This document shows positions 1 through 10,453 of a stretch of DNA of 64,000 bases, piece by piece (position 1 is the stretch's first letter; every line of letters starts with the position of its first letter). Location: assembly GCA_043228905.1 (NCBI GenBank), contig JBHGNT010000001.1, positions 11,284,001 to 11,348,000 on the forward strand. The letters run 5' to 3'. Both the position numbers and the translations under genes were made by a program. The stretch comes from Azolla caroliniana. Its lineage: Eukaryota > Plantae > Polypodiophyta. The notes below the pieces were generated by a model. It saw only the letters and a program-made list of their open reading frames with translations. It was not told the origin of the DNA and searched no databases.

Positions 1-1247
1 AAATTGCAAACCTCCAGAAGTCGATGGAGGACGCACGCAACCGTTGCTAGGCCATCATAGACGACGTGCATATCCTTCTCCAAACAAATCGGGAGAGGTT
101 CACAGCGTAATTGAAAATAGCGTTGGACAAAGGATGGATGGCGTGGGCAACCCAGGTAGCGGAATTGCACGCGTATCGTGCGGATTGGGAGAACCGGCGA
201 AAAGATGGTCGAGGTTTCTATAAACTAAATGAGGAGAGCATTGCGGCCATACGAGAGGACCTTGCGCTAGCTCTTAGACGATTTTGGTGAAAGCCAGGAG
301 CAGCTATTTCAACAGATCACACAAGCCGGCAACACGCGAACAAATGAGGAATCCAGCGCGACGCCAATTCCAGGCATGGCAGAAGAACAGGAACCTCATG
401 CCAAATCACCAGAAATTACAATGACGGTGAACAACGCGGACCGACGAGCGGAGTCCCCCACAGTACCAGACAGCGAAACCACTACCCAAGAGGAGGTTCA
501 TCCGCACGAGCCCACACTATCATCGGACCACACGGAGAACGGTGCGGTCTAGGCGGAATCGCAGCCCCACTCCCCGGAACGTACAAAGACGGCCGACACC
601 GCGGAGGAAGTAATGATTGAGACAACGTCGCGGCCGACCGCAAGCACGACGACGGTGGAGCCCAACCCACTAGCTCAAGAAGAGCCCACCGTACCCGGAC
701 CGACCACACATGATGATTGCGACATCGGGAGAAACCATTCCGACCAAATAGGGGAGCCCCACCACGATGCACCTACACCCTACGTCGCCTCCGGACGCGG
801 ACACCGCAGCAGAGCCAAACATCCGGGCCATTTTGGAAAAAGATTAACGGGATGGGTTCGACGTGCCAGGGCACTGTCCCACATGCGTGCCAGGTGTTGT
901 CCGCCGGAATAGTAACCGACGGACAAGAGCGTAGGAATAAGAAATAATATAAGATCATAACGCATGTAACGGCTCACGTAGGAAGCGTGAATGGCTAAAT
1001 AGACCCTGCGTATATAAAGGGCAGAAAACCTCTGATAGAGGGAGTGTGTAATTTTGGAATGTAAAGGAACGTATCATAATAGAATTCTATCTGCTCTGAA
1101 AGTCTGTGTATAGCTACGGCTAATCTACTGTATGTCTGGAATACCAGAGCATGTAAGAACGTAAGTGTAACCATTGCTAAGGAGTCGGTTGTAGCCGTCT
1201 CCCTTATACACTGATAGGTTACAGGGAACATTCCCCTACGCATTACA
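1..1247 (+). mobile_element. Probable 3' end of an LTR retrotransposon (decayed extra ORF plus LTR-like end)
   Basis: A GC-rich reading frame interrupted by TAG/TAA stops (1-290) is followed by Pro/Thr/Glu-rich sequence, then a TATATAAAG-containing LTR-like tract ending ...CATTACA near 1247. No domain recognised; boundaries uncertain. Confidence 0.35.
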
Positions 1248-1569
1248 CATAGATGCCTATTCGTTGTTCCACAACCACTTGGAGGTCTAGGTCGAAGGAC
1301 TGACCGCAGACCGTGTTCCTAATTGGTAACACTTGGACACGTGCATAATCACCACCTCACATTCATACATGATCACCACTTGGCCTTCATACAAGTATGA
1401 CATTTACAAATCATGCATCAACACATGTATTTGTACTATTATGTGTGTGGCTTAGATATGTACAATGGAGGTTCAAATCCCTCGATGTTTTTTTTTTTTT
1501 ATGTCATGACATGGTGTCTATGGTATTTTGTACATACATCCATGATAACCAACACCTAATTAGATGCCC

Positions 1570-1712
1570 AAACTTGACAACCAATATTTGGAGGCAGTAA
1601 ACACCAACAATTAGAACAAAATCACCACCAATATTTGGAGTCACTAAACACCAATGATTAGAACAAACTTGACCACCAATATTTGGAGGCACTAAACACC
1701 AATGGTTAGAAG
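1570..1712. repeat. Tandem minisatellite, about 47-48 bp x3
   Basis: Three copies of ...ACCAATATTTGGAG.CA.TAAACACCAA...TTAGAA. Confidence 0.85.
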
Positions 1713-2149
1713 ATAAGTGTGCTAATAGTGGAATATAGTGACACCCCCATTCGGAATCTATGATTTGTGCGCTATCTCATTCTCCCCAAGAATTGAAGCA
1801 TGTCGTAAACACATAGGAAAAGAAGATACCAAACCAAATTAAGTAGATTTACCGCACCATTTTAACTAGTAGCTTGCCTTCATCCATAGGGTGAAGAAAT
1901 CAATCTAGGCGGTACTAGTAACCCTTGGCAGACCTTCATATTAGTTGATATGTCACATTTAGAAGAGTCCATGCTAATATACTTGTTATATTACACACTC
2001 AAGGATGTGTTTGCTTTGACCTATGCAAACATGAAGTGCATGCCACCACAGTAGTAGTGATGCACACCATTCCTATGAAGGAGGGAGTGAAACATGTTCA
2101 ATGACTTCCTTGATCTATGAACCCCTACTATGCCCAAAAAGTAAAAGAT

Positions 2150-2823
2150 TGTTGGGATTACGGTCCCTCCGGATGGGATGTCCGGAGACGAATGACGGCA
2201 AGCCCGGTTGCGGTTACGGAACCGGAGGATGAAGAGTACCCGGCATGAAGCCGGATGACGAGTACCCGGATGCGGATCCGGATGATGAAGAGTACCCGGC
2301 ATGAAGCCGGATGAAGAGTACCCGGATACGGATCCGGATGATGAAGACCCCGGTTACGGAGCCGGATGACGAATGTACCCGGAGAGAGATCCGGATGCGG
2401 GGACATATTTGTGAATATGTTTGCTAAGAGCCCTTGAGGCTATATTTGTAAATTGCCCGAAAGTCATATGTGTATAAATATGACTTAGGGCAAACAGTTT
2501 AAAAGTTTTGGTTGCTCATTCGTATGCGAAGTGAGAGCAGCCGAGAGAGAGAGAGAGACGAAGAGGTCGTTGCCTCTGTGTATTACCGCCGCCTGTGGCG
2601 AAGACAGTGAGCTCAAGGTTGTTGCCTTGTAGCTTCACCATTGTACACCTCTGTTTATAGTGATAGTTGGAGTTTGAGGACTCCCGTGGTTTTTCCCATT
2701 TAGGGTTTTCCACGTAAAACATCCTGTGTACCTTTCTCTCTGTTGTCTTCGTGCATATTGTATTTCCCGTTTTCTGTGAGTTGATCCTATTCCTCGGTTG
2801 TGGCCGAGCACTGTTTTTCAACA
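2150..2823 (+). repeat. 5' LTR of copia A
   Basis: Matches 6940-7617 except two G/A substitutions and (GA)8 versus (GA)10. CCGG-rich tandem repeats in U3; TATAAAT near 2473. Confidence 0.97.
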
Positions 2824-2854
2824 AATTGGTATCAGAGCGACGGTAACACAGAAA

Positions 2855-5374
2855 ATGGAAGGCGGCGGTAGTGGGCCTCCGGGCATGATGGTGTTGAACT
2901 CACAGAACTACGCCGATTGGAAGATAAAGATGGAAGACCTTCTCATCGTCCGAGACCTGTACGAACCGATCGACAATGCCGAGGTACCCAAGGGAGTAAT
3001 AGAGTCGGAGTGGAAGCTCCTGAACCGGAAAGCCGTAGCGACGATCCGGCAATATGTCGATGTAAGCGTTCTACAACATGTGGCGAACGACACCAACGCA
3101 TATGAGATGTGGAAGAAGCTGTCGGGCCTCTACGAGAGGAAGAATGCGTTGAACCGGACCTCCCTGATGAGGAAGATTGTGAACCTCAAGTACCGGGACG
3201 GCGAGAATATGGTGGAACACGTGAGCACGTTCATGGGATTCGTGAACCAGCTTGCGGCGATCAAGTTCCCGTTGGAGGATGCAATGCAAGCCATCATTCT
3301 GATGTGTACATTGCCGGAAAGCTGGGAGAACTTGGTGGTGACTCTCAGCACCTCCTGCACCGAAGATAACTTGTCTCTACAAACGGTAAAGTCAAGTATC
3401 TTGAACGAAGAAGCACGTCGGAGAGATAAAGAACCGGCCTCCGACTCGAAGGCGCTGCTTACCGAATCGGAACGGGGAAGACACTGGAACCGGAGTCCGC
3501 AAAGACGGGAGAAGTCGGGGACCCGGTCGCAGTCAAGAGGAAGACCCACCTGCTTCCACTGTGGGAAGCCGGGGCACTTCCGGAAGAATTGTCGGCATTA
3601 CCGAAAGGACAACGGTGCCGACGACACCGATTCGAAGAAGTCACCGGAGAGAAACGGTGCATACCGGGGAGCCACGGACCGGAGAGGTCCGGATCGGCGA
3701 GGGCAGGACCGGAAAGGAACGACAGCACTCGCAGCAAGTGAAGAAGAGATAATGCTCATTACCGAAGAGAGGGAGCTGAACCTTGCCGGTGAAGAGATGA
3801 CCTGGGTGGTCGATTCCGGAGCGTCGTTCCACCTGACCCCGGAGAAGAAATACTTCTCATCCTACACAGCCGGTGAGCACGGCTGTGTCCGGATGGGAAA
3901 TGAAGGTACGTGCCGGATAGCCGGCATAGGAGACGTGTGGCTGATGACATCAACCGGATGCAAGATGCTGCTGAAGGATGTGCGACACGTTCCGGAGGTT
4001 CGATTGAACCTGATTTCGGCCGGGAGGCTAGACGATGAAGGCTACACAGGTAGCATCCGGAATGGCGTAATGAAGTTCAGCAAGGGGAGCCTGATAGTGG
4101 CTCGGGCCCGGAAAGTCAACACACTGTACCTGATGAATGCCCGGTTATGTCCGGAAGAGCTGAATGTGGCAGCCGACACTGCCGGTGAGCTGTGGCACAA
4201 AAGACTGTGCCACATGAGTGAGAAGGGGATGAAGAGGCTTGCAGAAGACAACCTTATTCCAGTGAAGCATGTGCACCTGGAGAAGTGCACCGACTGTCTG
4301 GCCGGTAAGCAAAACTGGACCTCCTTCCACTCAAGGCCACCGACGAGACGTAGTGCACCATTAGAGTTGGTGCACACTGACGTGTGTCAAGTAGAAACGA
4401 AGTCACATGGCGGAGCCCAGTACTTCGTGACATTCATTGATGACCACAGCCGGAAGCTGTGGACGGCACCGTTGAAGACAAAGGACCAAGTATTGTCCGT
4501 CTTCAAAGAACTCAACGCGAGAGTGGAAAGAGAATCCGGCAAGAAGCTGAAAGCGATACGAGCGGATAACGGAGGGGAATACCGGGGACAGTTCACGGAG
4601 TACTGTCGCTCGAAAGGAATCCGGCTCGAGTTTACTGTGCCGAAGACGCCGGAACTGAATGGGCTGGCCGAGAGGATGAACCGGACCATAATGGAGAGGG
4701 TCCGGAGTATGCTGGCGCATGCGAAATTACCCAAGGGGTTTTGGGCTGAGGCAATGTCGACGGCGACATACGTGATAAACAGATCACCCTCAGTACCTTT
4801 GGACGGAGACACGCCGCAGAAAGTGTGGACCGGTAAGGAAGTGTCCTACCGGCATCTGAAGGTGTTCGGGTGTCTCGCATACGTGCATGTGGCAAAGGAC
4901 CGGAGAGGAAAGTTAGATCCAAAGACCCGGCCATGCATATTCCTCGGTTACGGCGACGATGAGTTCGGCTACCGAGTATGGGACCCGGTCGACAAGAAGA
5001 TATTCAGGAGTCGAGATATCGTCTTCATGGAGGACAAGACACTCGCCGACTGGGAGTCAGAGAAGAAGATGAAGAGCTCCAAGTCGACCGGTGAGGATCA
5101 ACTCTACGAGGAGCAGTCCCGACCGGCAAGGGACCGGTTAGCACTCGAGGATCCGGCCGAAGACGGTGAAGAAACAGAACCGGCCGAAGAAGATGAAAAT
5201 GAAACCGGAACCGGCCCCGATCCCGAAATGGATTCGGATGAAGAAGAATCGGAAGAACCGGTTACCGAAGCTCCGGAACGGAGATATCCTCTAAGAGAGA
5301 GAAGGGCCCCCCCGGAGATTTCCGGAACCAGAGCACGTGCTGCTAACCGACGAGGGGGAGCCGGAGAGCTTTGA
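2855..5374 (+). CDS. Copia A Gag-protease-integrase ORF
   Basis: ATG at 2855. CCHC knuckle CFHCGKPGHFRKNC, protease WVVDSGAS, integrase HHCC plus VHTD / RADNGGEY / NGLAER. The frame ends after a C7 run at 5307-5313. Confidence 0.92.
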   Translation: MEGGGSGPPGMMVLNSQNYADWKIKMEDLLIVRDLYEPIDNAEVPKGVIESEWKLLNRKAVATIRQYVDVSVLQHVANDTNAYEMWKKLSGLYERKNALNRTSLMRKIVNLKYRDGENMVEHVSTFMGFVNQLAAIKFPLEDAMQAIILMCTLPESWENLVVTLSTSCTEDNLSLQTVKSSILNEEARRRDKEPASDSKALLTESERGRHWNRSPQRREKSGTRSQSRGRPTCFHCGKPGHFRKNCRHYRKDNGADDTDSKKSPERNGAYRGATDRRGPDRRGQDRKGTTALAASEEEIMLITEERELNLAGEEMTWVVDSGASFHLTPEKKYFSSYTAGEHGCVRMGNEGTCRIAGIGDVWLMTSTGCKMLLKDVRHVPEVRLNLISAGRLDDEGYTGSIRNGVMKFSKGSLIVARARKVNTLYLMNARLCPEELNVAADTAGELWHKRLCHMSEKGMKRLAEDNLIPVKHVHLEKCTDCLAGKQNWTSFHSRPPTRRSAPLELVHTDVCQVETKSHGGAQYFVTFIDDHSRKLWTAPLKTKDQVLSVFKELNARVERESGKKLKAIRADNGGEYRGQFTEYCRSKGIRLEFTVPKTPELNGLAERMNRTIMERVRSMLAHAKLPKGFWAEAMSTATYVINRSPSVPLDGDTPQKVWTGKEVSYRHLKVFGCLAYVHVAKDRRGKLDPKTRPCIFLGYGDDEFGYRVWDPVDKKIFRSRDIVFMEDKTLADWESEKKMKSSKSTGEDQLYEEQSRPARDRLALEDPAEDGEETEPAEEDENETGTGPDPEMDSDEEESEEPVTEAPERRYPLRERRAPPEISGTRARAANRRGGAGEL

Positions 5375-6929
5375 AGAAGCAAAGCATGACACCCAGAGCC
5401 GCAGGTGGTTGAGTGCCATGCAGGACGAGATGGATTCCCTGCATGAGAACCACACATATGAACTTGTGGAGTTGCCGAAAGGAAAGCGGGCACTTCGAAA
5501 CAAGTGGGTGTTCAAGCTGAAGCCGGGAGATGCCGGAAACCCCCCGAGATACAAAGCCAGGATCGTGGTGAAGGGGTTTCAGCAGAAGAAGGGCGTCGAC
5601 TTCGACGAGATATTTGCCCCGGTAGTGAAGATGACCTCCATCCGGACGGTGCTGAGCATAGCGGCAAGCATGGACCTCGAGGTAGAACAGATGGACGTGA
5701 AGACGGCATTCCTTCACGGTGACCTCGAAGAAGAGATCTACATGCAGCAACCGGAAGGATTCGAGAAGAAAGGGAAGGAGCACCTGGTATGCCGGTTGAA
5801 GAAGAGCCTTTACGGACTGAAGCAGGCTCCCCGGCAATGGTACCGGAAGTTCGACTCTTTCATGACCGACGAAGGGTACCACAAAACGCAGTCCGATCAC
5901 TGCGTGTTTGTGAAGAAGTTCGAAGGAGGAGACTTTCTAATACTCCTCTTATACGTGGACGACATGTTGATCGTCGGACGGGACCAGGTCAAGATACGGA
6001 TGCTCAAGAAGGCTCTTCACCGAACCTTCTCAATGAAGGACCTGGGTCCGGCGAGGCAAATACTAGGGATGCACATCATCCGGGACCGGAAGAAGAAGCA
6101 ATTGTGGCTGTCACAGGAGAAGTACGTGACAAAGGTGCTTCACCGGTTCAACATGTCGGAAGCAAGACCGGTCGGGTCAACTCTCCCGGCAAACTGCAAG
6201 TTGTCCAGCAAGCAAAGCCCCAAGACAAAGGCTGAGAAGGAGGATATGATGAAAGTACCATATGCCTCTGCCGTCGGAAGCTTGATGTACGCAATGGTGT
6301 GTACAAGACCGGACATTGGATATGCAGTCGGAGTGGTGAGCCGGTACATGAGCAATCCCGGCAAAGAGCACTGGAACGCGGCCAAGTGGATACTCCGATA
6401 CCTGAAGGGCACGGCAAACGTGTGCCTCCGATTCGGCTCCGGTAAGCCCGAACTCGACGGCTTTACCGATTCGGATATGTCGGCTGATGCAGATACCAGC
6501 CGGTCCACATCAGGGTATGTGATGACGTATGCAGGGGGAGCTGTTTCGTGGCAGTCGAGGCTGCAGAAGACGGTTGCGTTGTCAACCACGGAGGCGGAGT
6601 ACATGGCGGCTGTTGAAGCCGGCAAGGAAATAATATGGATGAAGGACTTCATTAGAGAGCTCGGTATCCGGCAAAAGGAGTACCTACTCTACTGCGACAG
6701 TCAGAGTGCCATCCACCTTGCGAAGAACGCGGCCTATCACTCCCGGACGAAGCACATCCAGCGAAGATATCACTGGATCCGGGAAAGGATAGAAGACCAG
6801 GAGTTCGTGCTGACGAAGATCCACACGGACGAGAACGGGTCAGATATGCTGACCAAAGTGCTCACACCCGACAAGCTGGAAGCATGCCGGAAGAGGATCG
6901 GATTGGAGAGACATCCCATGCCGAAGTGA
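5337..6929 (+). CDS. Copia A reverse transcriptase-RNase H (frameshifted continuation of pol)
   Basis: Motifs YKARIV, QMDVKTAFLHG, SLYGLKQAPRQW, LLYVDDM and RNase H TDSD...STTEAEY...DMLTK. Confidence 0.92.
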   Translation: MLLTDEGEPESFEEAKHDTQSRRWLSAMQDEMDSLHENHTYELVELPKGKRALRNKWVFKLKPGDAGNPPRYKARIVVKGFQQKKGVDFDEIFAPVVKMTSIRTVLSIAASMDLEVEQMDVKTAFLHGDLEEEIYMQQPEGFEKKGKEHLVCRLKKSLYGLKQAPRQWYRKFDSFMTDEGYHKTQSDHCVFVKKFEGGDFLILLLYVDDMLIVGRDQVKIRMLKKALHRTFSMKDLGPARQILGMHIIRDRKKKQLWLSQEKYVTKVLHRFNMSEARPVGSTLPANCKLSSKQSPKTKAEKEDMMKVPYASAVGSLMYAMVCTRPDIGYAVGVVSRYMSNPGKEHWNAAKWILRYLKGTANVCLRFGSGKPELDGFTDSDMSADADTSRSTSGYVMTYAGGAVSWQSRLQKTVALSTTEAEYMAAVEAGKEIIWMKDFIRELGIRQKEYLLYCDSQSAIHLAKNAAYHSRTKHIQRRYHWIRERIEDQEFVLTKIHTDENGSDMLTKVLTPDKLEACRKRIGLERHPMPK

Positions 6930-6939
6930 AGGGGGAGTT

Positions 6940-7617
6940 TGTTGGGATTACGGTCCCTCCGGATGGGATGTCCGGAGACGAATGACGGCAAGCCCGGTTG
7001 CGGTTACGGAACCGGAGGATGAAGAGTACCCGGCATGAAGCCGGATGACGAGTACCCGGATGCGGATCCGGATGATGAAGAGTACCCGGCATGAAGCCGG
7101 ATGAAGAGTACCCGGATACGGATCCGGATGATGAAGACCCCGGTTACGGAGCCGAATGACGAATGTACCCGGAGAGAGATCCGGATGCGGGGACATATTT
7201 GTGAATATGTTTGCTAAGAGCCCTTGAGGCTATATTTGTAAATTGCCCGAAAGTCATATGTGTATAAATATGACTTAGGGCAAACAGTTTAAAAGTTTTG
7301 GTTGCTCATTCGTATGCGAAGTGAGAGCAGCCGAGAGAGAGAGAGAGAGAGACGAAGAGGTCGTTGCCTCTGTGTATTACCGCCGCCTGTGGCGAAGACA
7401 GTGAGCTCAAGGTTGTTGCCTTGTAGCTTCACCATTGTACACCTCTGTTTATAGTGATAGTTGAAGTTTGAGGACTCCCGTGGTTTTTCCCATTTAGGGT
7501 TTTCCACGTAAAACATCCTGTGTACCTTTCTCTCTGTTGTCTTCGTGCATATTGTATTTCCCGTTTTCTGTGAGTTGATCCTATTCCTCGGTTGTGGCCG
7601 AGCACTGTTTTTCAACA
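6940..7617 (+). repeat. 3' LTR of copia A
   Basis: Direct repeat of 2150-2823, preceded by the PPT and followed by the TSD. Confidence 0.97.
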
Positions 7618-9419
7618 AAGATGAGGCAGATAATATGTGATAAGGAAACATAGTTTGCCTCATTAAGCCTATCACTTGGGTGGCACCTATCATGGTAGTT
7701 CCCCTAGAATTTTACAAGATTAAAAAATGCACGGGATTTTGGAAGTTAAATGAGGCCACCATCTTCGATAATTACATAGTAAGCTTTAATAAATAGATTA
7801 TAATTTTACATGTATTATTTATTATAATTTTTTCATAGATGATACTGGTTATAAACGTAACATCATGAGATGTCGTGACCTCATAGAGGCTACTGCATGG
7901 TCACCAAATGGCATGCTTACATGAATGCATACTGGTGATCATGGACGTGAAGTGGCAAACGTGCATAGGTCTAGCTATTGTATATAAGCATGTGCTTTTT
8001 GTTGTTAATGAACCACTCCGGTTCAATGCCAATATTCTTTGGTGCATTTATATAATCTTGTTTAAAAAGGAGCATGTTATTCTTGTTAATATAATTACAT
8101 TTCTCTTATTTCTCTTTTATTTTCTTGTTCTCAATTTCCATTTATATTGTTCTTGACTAGTTCTTGAGAATATATGGGCTAAACACGATGTCATGTTACG
8201 AGTCACGACACATTGAATCCAAAGGTGCCATCTTTATGGATGAAGTTTAAGTCAATCTAATCCTTGAAATGCTCCATCCCAAGGTTGAGAAACAACATCG
8301 AGTATTCATGATATATGCTAGTTGTTGTAGGAGATTCATGAAAATCTTCACTGAAGAAACTCAATCCCTCTATGGGTTGTTAAAAGATGTTTTGGAATGA
8401 TGAGTGCATGACGCCTTTGACAATACAAAAGAGTGCTTAGCAAATGCACCTATACTTATGTCTCTTGATTGGGATCACAAATTTCATGTCTATATTGAAT
8501 CGTTATCATTGGCATGGTGCTAGCACAACTAAGGGATGACACGTTGAATTTCCCCATCACATCCACTAGCTACCAAATAAATCAAGTTGAACAAAATTAC
8601 TCAAAATCACGAGAACTATTAGCCATGATATATGGAATTAAAAATGTTCAAACATTACCTTATGGCTTGCCATTTCTCGCTCTCCATCAATCAAACGCAC
8701 GTTGTTCTTAAAATCAACAATATTAGTTATGTTGGGAGAATATCCCGTTGGATCGTCACACAACTCAAGTTTGACTTCAAGATCATTGTGCAAGATTGGA
8801 AAGATAACGTGTTCATAGACCATTTTGACAGACCAAAGATTGGAGAAGACCTTTTAGTATTGATAGAGAGGCTCAATATGTGATGCTTTTCATGATAGTC
8901 GCGATACTTGGGTGGGTACAACGCATAGTTAGCACATAGAAGCAGGCGATTCAAAATCGGCCCGAGGGTGACCGAATTATTTGGTAAGACGATGTTTCAT
9001 TTGTGTTGAAATTGTCGGAAGAAACTCGTGTGATCATTTCTAGAGGATAGATCGTACCTCCTACGAGTGGGAGAATGTGATAAGAAAAGGTAAATATGTT
9101 GGGCATTGAGACATTCTTTTCGTTCCAATCTATAGGGGCATAGTTATAATTTTGTGGAAAGAAGTGATCAAATTAAAGAGTTGGAATCAATATGAGATCT
9201 ATTAACTATGGAGAAACATAGTAAGAAAAGATCGGAGGTAAGACTATTGGCTCTGTAATCCTTCAAGTTAAGCAGAGGTAGCTATTTCCGAATGCAATGC
9301 CAAGGTATTCTTTCATTTGTGTGTGTGTGTGTGTGTGTTTTATCTGCAGCTAGCTTTTTGCATTCTTTGTAGTATTTTTATTCTGTATATATTGGATTGA
9401 TCAAATTAGAAGAAAATGT

Positions 9420-10380
9420 TCAGTGGTCGAGGGCGATCTTGCTTGTGTGAAAGAGCACAGAAAGCGTTGAAGAAGTTGGCGATGAATGTTTTGCTGATTG
9501 GAAGAGATCATGAAAATGAGCAATGGAGATTTTGTGTGTTTGATAGAGATCATGAGATAGACGATTGGAAATTTTCAGTTGGTGAAAGAGATAAAGAAGT
9601 AGGTGATGGAGATTTTTCATGGTGAAAGAGCTAAAGAATTAAGTGGGCAATGAAGGTATTGTGGGAGTGAAAGAGATTAGGATTAAGTGAGCGACCTTAG
9701 TAGGCAAAAGAAAGAAAGATATATTAATGTCTTCTAAGACCAAAATTGGCCCCTGATTAAATGGGCTACGAAGAACTTCAGTGGGTATTGAAAGAAATAA
9801 TGGTTAAGTGGGCGATGTAGATTCTTAGAGGCTGAATGAAATAGAAAATGAGCTAAAGCAAACGTGACCGGGTGAAAGAGATTACGAAGTGGATGATGGA
9901 GAACTTGAGTGGGTACTGATAAAGATTAGAATTAACTGGGCATTGGAAACCTTTAGTGGATGGAATAACCGAGCAAATGGATGCCATTATCTTGTGTAGG
10001 TGAGAGAGATAAGAAAGTTGCCTATGCCAATATTTAAAGGGTGAAAGAGATAAAGGTTTAAGTGAGTGATAGAGAGCCTGAGCATGACTGAAAGAGTTTA
10101 GGATTAAGTAGGTCACAGAGGTCTTAAGTGGGTACTTGAAGGAGAGTATGATTAAGAAACAAATGGTTTATATAAATCTTTTGTTGAAAGTGGGCTATGG
10201 AAGTCGTTGATGGGTCAAAGAGATGAATGATAATATGGGAGATTAGGATTGATTAGATGAAAGGAAACAAATAGGCTATGGTAAGATTGAGTGGGTTAAA
10301 GAGATTGTGAAGTGGGTCATGGTGATTTTTAGAGGATGAAAAAGATAAAGGATTCCGGGGGTGAAGAGCTTAAGTGGTTA
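9420..10380. repeat. Degenerate purine-rich minisatellite-like tract upstream of the ORP gene
   Basis: Recurring GTGAAAGAGAT and AAGTGGG words at irregular spacing of about 40-90 bp; strong G/A strand bias. Confidence 0.5.
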
Positions 10381-10453
10381 AGTCATTAACTAATTACAGA
10401 ATATTTCCCTGAGATCTCTTTCATTCATCTCAGAGGTGATTGTTTCCACTCGC

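Larger units (their letters stand above)
2150..7617 (+). mobile_element. Ty1/copia LTR retrotransposon A, full length and very young
   Basis: TG...CA LTRs at 2150-2823 and 6940-7617. TSD AAGAT (2145-2149 / 7618-7622). tRNA-iMet PBS TGGTATCAGAGC at 2827-2838. PPT GAAGGGGGAG at 6928-6937. Domain order Gag-PR-INT-RT-RH. Confidence 0.98.
1730..8900 (+). pseudogene. Highly degraded Ty3/gypsy pol (RT/RNase H) relic, interrupted by copia A
   Basis: The frame YYAQKVKD|E continues across the AAGAT target site into W.APIMVVP (RT start). An RNase H-like EQNYS..RELLAMIYGIK.F.HYL motif lies at 8580-8660. Many stops. Confidence 0.55.

Noticed and set aside
2180-2400. Regular repeats in copia U3 (and at 1570-1712, 18485-18665) as a CRISPR-like array
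   Set aside because: They are head-to-tail tandem units without unique spacers, in a eukaryotic LTR or intergenic context with no cas genes.
2698-2715. TTTAGGG in A/B LTRs as a telomeric insertion
   Set aside because: It is a single unit within the GGGTTTTCCACGT LTR motif present in all four LTRs.
5300-5340. Programmed ribosomal frameshift between INT and RT
   Set aside because: Sister copy B is in frame at this site with C6, so a homopolymer indel explains it.
2900-6700. Many antisense and overlapping ORFs in A, B and C
   Set aside because: They are expected shadows of GC-rich coding sequence and contain no recognisable domains.
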